This document shows positions 29,785 through 36,390 of a stretch of 64,000 nt of DNA, piece after piece. The position numbers were made by a program, and so were the translations under genes. Positions within the stretch are counted from its first letter, which is position 1. Every line of letters starts with the position of its first letter. A model generated the notes under the pieces. That model saw only the letters and a program-made list of their open reading frames with translations, searched no databases and was not told the DNA's origin. The stretch covers positions 62,001-126,000 of the IMG/VR virus record IMGVR_UViG_3300020188_000808; one strand, given 5' to 3'.

Positions 29785-30753
29785 TTAAAAAATCATACTT
29801 AAAAGTAATGATCTATTTTTACTTACTAATTCGTCGTTTACATTACTACTATTTACATAATATATTCCTGTTTTTCCCACTCCTGGTGCTTTAACATAAA
29901 TCTTTGCTCCATCTGTTGGTGCTGTAGGATCAACATTTGCATCGTCTGGACTAGGTGTTGCTAGTATATGTAATTGATCATCAACTACTACTGAACCTGC
30001 TCCTGGCGCTGATAAAACAAGATCTGCTCCACTTACTGTAGTACTAATTGTTGACTCTTGTATTCTTAAATCGTGTAACTCTGATCTATTTTTAAAAAAT
30101 GTATTATTAGTTGTACCATCAACCGTAATTATAAACTTACTAGTTGTTCCAGTTTCTTCAAAATCTTCAACTATAATTTCTGTAGGACTAGAAGTTCCAG
30201 ATTTTAGTTTTTTAAAGTTTGCCGCGGCAACCTGTGTTGCAACTGCACCGTCAACGTATGCTTTGTTTGGAATATGATCATCATCTGTAATTTGATCTTC
30301 ATAATTGTTAGTACCACTAACACTAATGACGCCTGTGCCTGCATTGATTAAGTATAAATCGCCGCCGCCTGTTGAAATACTTCTAACATTTAAGCCAATG
30401 TTGCCACCACTTTCATCAATTAGTGTAAATGCACCTGTCTTAATTGTTTGCGTAACTGGATCATTCCAAGTAATAGTTTCGTCGAATAAAATTTGTGTAT
30501 CAGGTAAACTACCTCTTTCAATTCTAACACCAGATTGATTAAGAGTTACTCCTGCACCTTGCTCGCCTGCATTGAGTACAATAATGTTATCATTAATGTT
30601 TAAATCTGTACTTGTGACATTAGTTTGTTGGCCATTAACAACTAAATCTCCTGTGAGATATAATTGACCAATTTGATTACCGGTATCAATAGTAACGGTT
30701 CCGCCACTTTGTACCTTTACTGTATAATCACCATCTGTTACTAATTGTCTCAT
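29785..30753 (-). CDS. Short tail-fibre-like protein
   Basis: 322 aa. DNIIVLNAGE...IERG, NKAYVD, C-terminal SKNRSLLLSMIF. Confidence 0.65.
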   Translation of the reverse strand: MRQLVTDGDYTVKVQSGGTVTIDTGNQIGQLYLTGDLVVNGQQTNVTSTDLNINDNIIVLNAGEQGAGVTLNQSGVRIERGSLPDTQILFDETITWNDPVTQTIKTGAFTLIDESGGNIGLNVRSISTGGGDLYLINAGTGVISVSGTNNYEDQITDDDHIPNKAYVDGAVATQVAAANFKKLKSGTSSPTEIIVEDFEETGTTSKFIITVDGTTNNTFFKNRSELHDLRIQESTISTTVSGADLVLSAPGAGSVVVDDQLHILATPSPDDANVDPTAPTDGAKIYVKAPGVGKTGIYYVNSSNVNDELVSKNRSLLLSMIF

Positions 30754-30804
30754 TTATTGTTCCTTAATAAAGTGGGGGATTGCTCCCCCACATAATTACC
30801 TACT

Positions 30805-31230
30805 TTAGTCTGCTGGATCGTCTGACTCAAAGTCATCAGCATCTGGTGCGCCATCAACGTTGTCGATAACAGCATCATCACCTGCTTCTTCCATTTCAAC
30901 AGTAGCACCTGTACCAGTGAAGTCCCATTTGATCTTATCGCCTGCTCCTTCAAGTTGTACCAAGTGTGCAGTAATCTTAGTTACTTGCTTTGGAGTTGCT
31001 CCGTCTAAGACTGTAATAGTCATTTCGCCTGCCGCAACTGCCGCACTTGCTTTATTAACTAAGAAACAATCTTTTGTAGCTGTACCGTCTGTGCAACGGA
31101 ATTTTTTACTTCCAAGTTGCTTAACAATCCAGCCGTTTACTGATCCAGTTCCATTGTGAAACTGTACTTTAATTTCGTCACCGCCTGCTGTAGGTGGGCC
31201 AAAATATCTTTTGTTTAGTGGTCTTCCCAT
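30805..31230 (-). CDS. Hypothetical late protein (MGRPLNKRYFG...)
   Basis: 141 aa. Strong RBS, late promoter at 31318-31324, acidic tail. Confidence 0.7.
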   Translation of the reverse strand: MGRPLNKRYFGPPTAGGDEIKVQFHNGTGSVNGWIVKQLGSKKFRCTDGTATKDCFLVNKASAAVAAGEMTITVLDGATPKQVTKITAHLVQLEGAGDKIKWDFTGTGATVEMEEAGDDAVIDNVDGAPDADDFESDDPAD

Positions 31231-31328
31231 TTGTTTTCTCCTTTAAAACGTTCTAGGTTTACGCAGTGGGTCAGTTCTGCATAAGTCCGCAACATGCGGC
31301 ACGATTATTGACACAAGTATTTATCTGA

Positions 31329-31736
31329 TTAATCAATTCGTACGGTTAATGAAATAAAATCCCTTACAAAATCAAATTGTGTTTCTAATACTTCAAACAG
31401 ATGGCCGTTTAAACTTGTTTTAACTAGGCTGTAGCTGTTCTTTCCTATGTTGCTATAGTAATGCTTGTCTAAGCCGTATCGACGTCCGTAAGACGGAAAT
31501 ACGCTTGTTACAAATAGGCATGTGTCACCTAATTCTTTAGCTGTTAATCTATAAGGTTGTTTTAGTGCAAGGTAAGATTGTGCAAAACTTTCAACGGGAA
31601 GGAAATTTGGTTTATCTATTTTAGATGCAAGAAGCATTACTACATATGCTTCAACTTCTACCGGAAGTTCGTATCCTGTAGTCGACTGTGTCTCTTGGAC
31701 AAGGTCGTAAAAGACTGTGGTGTACTCGTCCTTCAT
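31329..31736 (-). CDS. Hypothetical protein resembling a bacterial conserved family (LGDTCLF...YY..IG..SY)
   Basis: 135 aa, with its own CTAAATA promoter motif at 31742-31748. Confidence 0.6.
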   Translation of the reverse strand: MKDEYTTVFYDLVQETQSTTGYELPVEVEAYVVMLLASKIDKPNFLPVESFAQSYLALKQPYRLTAKELGDTCLFVTSVFPSYGRRYGLDKHYYSNIGKNSYSLVKTSLNGHLFEVLETQFDFVRDFISLTVRID

Positions 31737-31752
31737 ACAAGTATTTAGTCAT

Positions 31753-31780
31753 AAAAATAGGCCCAATTATTGGGCCTATT
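31753..31780 (-). terminator. Intrinsic terminator after the transporter gene
   Basis: ATAGGCCCAA/TTGGGCCTAT stem followed by a T-tract on the minus strand. Confidence 0.8.
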
Positions 31781-31786
31781 CTGGTT

Positions 31787-32752
31787 TTACATTCCTATTT
31801 GATTAGGAACAATGATGTAGTGAATAGCAAGTACCACTCCAACTGATGCGCCTAAGCCAATCATCATCTTAAAGAAGTCTTTGGTCACCAACGGAAATAC
31901 TGTCTTAAACTTTTCCTTGCCTGTCATAGTTGCCATAGCAAGTTCACGTCCACATAGTAGTCCTACAAACACCCACGTTGTTGACATAGGTATATCGTTT
32001 AGTTCTTTAAAGAAGAATAAGATCAACCAGTACACACCATCAATGATAGTTGCTGAACGCACATATCTTGTGTTGTGTTTTTCTAGTACAATCTTTTGGA
32101 TCTTACCACCACCCTCTCTAAACATAAATGCTAGTCCTACAACAAACACAACGCTCACTAGGATCATTAGGTCCCATGGAACTTGTCTGGGAAGGAACAC
32201 AGCAATATTTGCCATGTCATGACTTAGCCAAGTAAACCACAGGAAGCCTGTTGTTACCCATTGTGCTATTCGCCACGCTTTCTTATGTTGTTCTTTGACA
32301 GGCTTTGCTTCGTCTAGTAGTTTAGTAACTCCTATCCAAATAATGTATGCCGCGACTGCCGCGACAGCATAGCCCATCATGCTTTTCATAAGCATCTTCT
32401 CTAGTACAAAGGTACTTGCGAAGGCACTTAATACTAAAAAAGAAGTACTAACTGGTACTCCTATTCGTGTAAGTATTAATAATAGTCCTGGTGCCATTGC
32501 GTGATACCATTGTATCTCTTGGAACGGTATTTTGTTTAGTCGTCCATAACTAATATCTCCACCGTTGGTATACCAACCATACCAAAGTGTATACAGTAGA
32601 ACAGCCGAAGCCGCTCCCCACATCGCTTTCCAATTAAATTTTTCGTTATTACTTGCGATCCATGTACCGAGAGTCTGTACACTATCATTTGCGATAACTG
32701 CGTAACCTGCGAACAGGAAACCTACAGCCATCCATAGGGTGAGTGCGTCCAT
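31787..32752 (-). CDS. PiT-like (phosphate transporter-related) membrane protein
   Basis: Start moved to ATG 32752 (RBS GGAG at 32761-32764), 321 aa. Multiple TM segments. IANDSVQTLGT and LSHDMANIAV resemble the two PiT signature repeats. Confidence 0.65.
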   Translation of the reverse strand: MDALTLWMAVGFLFAGYAVIANDSVQTLGTWIASNNEKFNWKAMWGAASAVLLYTLWYGWYTNGGDISYGRLNKIPFQEIQWYHAMAPGLLLILTRIGVPVSTSFLVLSAFASTFVLEKMLMKSMMGYAVAAVAAYIIWIGVTKLLDEAKPVKEQHKKAWRIAQWVTTGFLWFTWLSHDMANIAVFLPRQVPWDLMILVSVVFVVGLAFMFREGGGKIQKIVLEKHNTRYVRSATIIDGVYWLILFFFKELNDIPMSTTWVFVGLLCGRELAMATMTGKEKFKTVFPLVTKDFFKMMIGLGASVGVVLAIHYIIVPNQIGM

Positions 32753-32862
32753 TATTATTTCTCCTCTGCTTGCCGCTTTTACCACGGCGCTCACATACTA
32801 AGACAAGGCTCAACGTTGCCCTGCTGGAACATTATTGTTCGCAATTATTTAGTGAATAGAAG

Positions 32863-32880
32863 ATTACAGTTTTGTTACAG
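32863..32880 (-). promoter_or_regulatory. Pho-box-like direct repeat
   Basis: Minus strand CTGTAAC-AAAA-CTGTAAT, 11-bp period, upstream of the PiT-like gene. Resembles the PhoB consensus CTGTCAT-A(A/T)A(T/A)-CTGT(C/A)A(C/T). Confidence 0.55.
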
Positions 32881-32884
32881 TGAC

Positions 32885-32912
32885 AAAAAAAGCACCCGAA
32901 GGTGCTTTTTTT
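32885..32912. terminator. Bidirectional intrinsic terminator
   Basis: AAAAAAAGCACC-TTCG-GGTGCTTTTTTT on the minus strand (UUCG loop). Confidence 0.85.
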
Positions 32913-32914
32913 GG

Positions 32915-33226
32915 TTACTTCTCTTGTGCTGGGAAGTCTAATGGATTCCTTGGTTTAAACTGAATGTTCATATCGGTTAGATATGGATCGCAACCTTTGT
33001 CTTCTAAACGCATTGCGAGCCACATCTCAAATGACTCCTTGTCTTCAAACGTACGAGTAAACTCGTAACTCTTGAACGGTAATTCCCTATTGAACGTTAC
33101 TACTACTTCGTTCGCGTTTGCGTCTGTAACAAATCCAAACATCACTGTTACAAACATTACAAGTCCTATAAGCATTACACTCAATGCTCCGGGACAATTC
33201 TTTTCATTACAACTTGTACCTATCAT
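32915..33226 (-). CDS. Hypothetical protein with N-terminal membrane anchor
   Basis: Best RBS spacing gives ATG 33226 (track start 33238). Hydrophobic segment LSVMLIGLVMFVTVMFGFV. Confidence 0.55.
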   Translation of the reverse strand: MIGTSCNEKNCPGALSVMLIGLVMFVTVMFGFVTDANANEVVVTFNRELPFKSYEFTRTFEDKESFEMWLAMRLEDKGCDPYLTDMNIQFKPRNPLDFPAQEK

Positions 33227-33249
33227 CATAGTCTCCAAATTTTAGTCAT

Positions 33250-33332
33250 AAAAAAAGGCGACTTGCTGTAGCCTTTAAGCATCGCTACTTGGGTCGCCTT
33301 CCGATTGTGTGTTTACTCTATTAGTAAACAAT
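33250..33332 (-). ncRNA. Candidate ~83-nt small RNA or attenuator leader
   Basis: Follows TTGACA-N16-TATAAT. 8-bp 5' hairpin (33310-33330) and a long terminator hairpin (33255-33300) plus U-tract. No evident ORF. Confidence 0.5.
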
Positions 33333-33338
33333 AATATT

Positions 33339-33366
33339 ATTATACAAGTATTTAGTAATTTGTCAA
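33339..33366 (-). promoter_or_regulatory. Sigma70-type promoter with nested late motif
   Basis: TTGACA (33366-33361), 16-nt spacer containing CTAAATA, TATAAT (33344-33339). Confidence 0.75.
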
Positions 33367-33479
33367 CCTAGTTTCGCACTTTTTGACAGAATCTAGCACT
33401 GAATATTTTTATGGGTATATAAAAATAACTAATGACACTATTACTAAAGTAATAAGCCATTTGTGTCCATCGTGGAGTT

Positions 33480-33776
33480 TCACACGCAACCAGTCGGCTT
33501 GGGGAGCCCACCATACTTGGCAATCTGTTTCATTGGACCGGTCTTCCAAGCATCATACAGGCCTTTTGCTTTGCGATCCATGCCCAATGCTTTACCAAAG
33601 TCCTTTACTCGTGGCACCATTGATGTTTCTTCATACATAGAACGTGCTAACATAATGTGGCTTACCTGTTCTTCGGTAAGCGTCTTGTCATCTTCACGAG
33701 CCATAGAGTGCATTACTTCCTCACTCCAATCACTCATTGACACGAGGAATCCGTCACCGTCTCTTTCAATACTCAT
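33480..33776 (-). CDS. tusE: TusE/DsrC-family sulfur relay protein
   Basis: 98 aa. N-terminal DGDGFL...DWSEE and C-terminal GLPKPTGCV with penultimate Cys. Confidence 0.9.
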   Translation of the reverse strand: MSIERDGDGFLVSMSDWSEEVMHSMAREDDKTLTEEQVSHIMLARSMYEETSMVPRVKDFGKALGMDRKAKGLYDAWKTGPMKQIAKYGGLPKPTGCV

Positions 33777-33955
33777 ACTTCATTTCTCCATAAGTTGTTT
33801 TTTGCAATGTAATCAAAGTTCCAACGCCCTGCGTCAGGTCTCTTGATTATGTCCTCTTTCTTAAACGTGTTGCGAGGGTTAACAACATTATCCTTGTTAC
33901 CGCCAATGGTGTGGTCTAACATCATCTGCTTTCCATACTTGATCCTCTTGATCAT
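33773..33955 (-). CDS. Small hypothetical protein (60 aa)
   Basis: ATG 33955 preceded by a doubled RBS (AAGGAG-AAAGGAG). Stop overlaps the tusE start. Confidence 0.55.
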   Translation of the reverse strand: MIKRIKYGKQMMLDHTIGGNKDNVVNPRNTFKKEDIIKRPDAGRWNFDYIAKNNLWRNEV

Positions 33956-34097
33956 CTCCTTTCTCCTTGTTATTTGCAGGGTCACCTGCTTCCAAATTAT
34001 CCAAGTCAGGATTCTTTTTTCCGTGTGGATAACGCTTGCCATCCTTATGGTTACCTGACTCGGTTCCTACTCCACTTATTCTTATCTTTTTCTTCAT
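33897..34097 (-). CDS. Possible leaderless small protein (66 aa)
   Basis: ATG 9 nt after TATAAT (34112-34107). Overlaps the next ORF by 59 nt, so may be non-coding. Confidence 0.35.
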   Translation of the reverse strand: MKKKIRISGVGTESGNHKDGKRYPHGKKNPDLDNLEAGDPANNKEKGDDQEDQVWKADDVRPHHWR

Positions 34098-34106
34098 AGT
34101 AATACT

Positions 34107-34134
34107 ATTATACTATCGTAGCAGATAATAACAA
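34107..34134 (-). promoter_or_regulatory. Sigma70-type promoter of the tusE unit
   Basis: TTGTTA (34134-34129), N16, TATAAT (34112-34107). Confidence 0.6.
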
Positions 34135-34172
34135 CCAGGTAATTTTTATGGGTATATAAGAAAAATTTAGTC

Positions 34173-34206
34173 AAAAAAATAGGCCCAATGCGAACAGAGG
34201 GCCTAT
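34173..34206 (-). terminator. Intrinsic terminator after csp
   Basis: ATAGGCCC/GGGCCTAT stem plus T7. Confidence 0.8.
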
Positions 34207-34219
34207 AGTTGTAGTTCTA

Positions 34220-34420
34220 CTACTTGACTGATAAGTTTATAGCAGAAGGGCCTTTTGGACCATCCTGTGTTTCAAACTCTACAGTATCGCCTTCATTCAA
34301 CGAGTGTAAGCCTGCGGCTTCTACTGCTGAAATGTGTACGAAGATATCTTTGTCTTCGGTAGCGATAAATCCAAAACCTTTAGTGGCATTGAACCATTTT
34401 ACTTTTCCTTGATTACTCAT
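34220..34420 (-). CDS. cspA: Cold-shock domain protein
   Basis: 66 aa. [15 protein letters not shown] (RNP1) and DIFVHISA (RNP2). Confidence 0.95.
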   Translation of the reverse strand: MSNQGKVKWFNATKGFGFIATEDKDIFVHISAVEAAGLHSLNEGDTVEFETQDGPKGPSAINLSVK

Positions 34421-34538
34421 GTTTTTCCTTGTTAGTGTTTATTTTGAGGAAGTTTGTATCTAATATTAGGGCGGGAGGGTTGTTATTTCTACTGCGTCTT
34501 GTTCTTATTACTGTCTTGTCTCAATTGTATTTAGTCAC

Positions 34539-34563
34539 AAAAAAAACTGCATAAAGCAGTTTG
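34539..34563 (-). terminator. Intrinsic terminator
   Basis: AAACTGC-TTTAT-GCAGTTT followed by a T-tract. Confidence 0.75.
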
Positions 34564-34646
34564 GTTTTGTTTAGTTGTTATATGTATTTAGCTGGTCGAC
34601 AAAAAAGGTGCTTATAATAGGTCTTTTTGCGAGTCTAAATTTAAGT

Positions 34647-34861
34647 ATAGCAAAATAGGGAGGACTTGGGTACACCTCCAAGTACGGACCGGAATACCAT
34701 TCCTAAACCGTACAACCTATCCCCGCGGGTTAGTGCGATGTGACTCAGCGTATTTCTACTACCAAGCCTGGGTACCACCCCTGGACAGTCAAGTTCGACC
34801 CTTCTGGTAAAGGCCTCTTCCTTGCACTACAAACAAAAGCTAATTACTCTTTTGTTGCTAT
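34647..34861 (-). ncRNA. Candidate ~215-nt structured non-coding RNA
   Basis: Own sigma70-type promoter. 7-bp 5'/3' closing stem, nested stems with G-U pairs and a GAAA loop. GC-rich, no ORF. Confidence 0.6.
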
Positions 34862-34867
34862 GTAATT

Positions 34868-34896
34868 AATATAACATTGTTATTAACAAAGAGCAA
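34868..34896 (-). promoter_or_regulatory. Sigma70-type promoter for the candidate ncRNA
   Basis: TTGCTC (34896-34891), N17, TATATT (34873-34868). Confidence 0.55.
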
Positions 34897-34936
34897 TCAC
34901 TTTGTTTACCAAAATATATAAAATGGAATTTTAGTC

Positions 34937-34967
34937 ATAAAAAAGCACTCCGGAGAATGCTTTTTAT
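34937..34967. terminator. Intrinsic terminator after pqqA
   Basis: Minus strand AAAAAGCATTC-TCCG-GAGTGCTTTTTT (UNCG loop). Confidence 0.85.
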
Positions 34968-34988
34968 GTTTCAATGTATAAACAAGTA

Positions 34989-35063
34989 TTACTTGTTCAT
35001 TACATACATCGTCACTTCAAATCCAAAACGCATTTCTGTTGCTTGAGGTTTAGTCCATTTCAT
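34989..35063 (-). CDS. pqqA: PQQ precursor peptide PqqA (24 aa)
   Basis: Hand translation MKWTKPQATEMRFGFEVTMYVMNK*. W.KP...R.GFEVTMY with the E-x3-Y motif. RBS AGGAG 6 nt upstream. Confidence 0.9.
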   Translation of the reverse strand: MKWTKPQATEMRFGFEVTMYVMNK

Positions 35064-35153
35064 AATAATCTCCTAATAATATGTGCAACTTGCACACTAT
35101 TATTTAAACATATTACAAAGTAAAAGTCATGCAGATAATCATTAAAAGGTCAT

Positions 35154-35185
35154 AAAAAAAGGGCGACAAATAAATGCCGCCCTTT
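35154..35185 (-). terminator. Major capsid gene terminator
   Basis: AAAGGGCGGC-ATTTATTT-GTCGCCCTTTTTTT. Confidence 0.85.
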
Positions 35186-35210
35186 AATCTTATTCCGTTA
35201 AGACTATGTC

Positions 35211-36380
35211 TTAAGAGAAAGTAGGTGTAGATGTAAAGCTAACTGTACCTAAGTAGTCTGCCGCATTACCTAGAGACGATGCTGTGTTTGACAACTCAAC
35301 ATATCCGTATCTAGTCATAAAGCTAACTACTGGCTCAAAGCTATCTGGATCTAACACTACGCCACTGCTCATTAATGGAATGTATGGGCAGTAGAACGCT
35401 GGTGCGTCTGATTCAGAAGAACCTTTGTAACCAACTAGTACCGCTGTGTCATCTGCCGCGTAACTATCAACATAAACTTTCATAGCTGAATTTAATGTTC
35501 CAACCATTTTAGTGTTTGTTGGTGCTTCGAATGAACCTTCAGTTGTTCTTGCGAACGCTGAAGTAGTTGCACTCTGAAGTACAGTTAACGCTTGTGGAGA
35601 TACCACTGCGTAGTTACCAGCACCACGACGTGTACGCTGAGCAATAACGTTAGCAACACGGTTGATCATTACAGCTAAAGCCGCATGTTCGTCACCAACG
35701 AATGTTGCAGTACCGCTAACAGCAGTCTGATCGTAGTTTTGGTTGTTAGTTGATCCAGCTAATGCACGTAAAGAAGCTAATACTTCTTGGTCGATCTCAG
35801 CAGTAATCTCTTGGGCTAGTGCCGCCATGATTTCTGCTTCGATGTCAATGCCTTGCTGTGCTTGAGCATCTTGAGCCGCTTCAAAAGTCCATCTAGCTGA
35901 TAGCTTTCTGGTTTTTGCTTCGACTGTTTGCTTTAAGATCTGAATTGACAATCTCTTGCCTGCCGCACCTTCAAGAGCCGCTGTTGCAGATCCTTTTGGT
36001 GATGCATCAGTAGCGTTACCTGAGTAAGCCGCCGCGATCTTAAATGGTGATAGTGCTTCTTCACCAACTTCGTTACCATCAGATGTATCTGAGTAACGTA
36101 CTCTTAATGTGTGGATTTGACCCACTGGACCTGTCATAGGCTGTACACCGACCAATTCGTTGGCGATAACAGTTGGCATGACACGTCTGATTACTGGTAG
36201 GATAACTCTATTTAGAGTTGCAACATTACCGGCGCTTGTGCTTCCGGCTGTAGCAGTCTCATTCAACCACTTGCGTGTGTTTTCAAGAGTGCTTGCCATG
36301 ATTGCTTTCTTATTGCCTTGAAGGCCTTCTAAAAGTGCAACCTTGGTATCCTGCCAGCGACTTTCTAGTAGTTCTGACAT
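35211..36380 (-). CDS. gp23: Major capsid protein, T4 gp23-like
   Basis: 389 aa. VIRRVMPTVIANELVGVQPMTGPVGQIHTLR, KTRKLSARWTFEAAQD, FYCPYIPL, FMTRYG. Confidence 0.95.
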   Translation of the reverse strand: MSELLESRWQDTKVALLEGLQGNKKAIMASTLENTRKWLNETATAGSTSAGNVATLNRVILPVIRRVMPTVIANELVGVQPMTGPVGQIHTLRVRYSDTSDGNEVGEEALSPFKIAAAYSGNATDASPKGSATAALEGAAGKRLSIQILKQTVEAKTRKLSARWTFEAAQDAQAQQGIDIEAEIMAALAQEITAEIDQEVLASLRALAGSTNNQNYDQTAVSGTATFVGDEHAALAVMINRVANVIAQRTRRGAGNYAVVSPQALTVLQSATTSAFARTTEGSFEAPTNTKMVGTLNSAMKVYVDSYAADDTAVLVGYKGSSESDAPAFYCPYIPLMSSGVVLDPDSFEPVVSFMTRYGYVELSNTASSLGNAADYLGTVSFTSTPTFS

Positions 36381-36390
36381 TATTTTCTCC

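Larger units (their letters stand above)
33405..34159. repeat. 18-bp exact direct repeat pair ATTTTTATGGGTATATAA
   Basis: Copies at 33405-33422 and 34142-34159. Confidence 0.85.

Noticed and set aside
33773-34042. 89-aa version of the ORF upstream of tusE
   Set aside because: The strong doubled RBS lies before ATG 33955, so the 60-aa form is preferred.
34788-34805. tRNA T-arm-like GTTCGA on the plus strand
   Set aside because: Only 3 bp of flanking stem, no acceptor or anticodon arms. G-U pairs favour the minus strand.
34839-34865. tmRNA tag-like frame ANYSFVAM* on the plus strand
   Set aside because: No tRNA-like domain or CCA end, tag does not end in Ala-Ala, and it lies opposite the promoter-supported strand.
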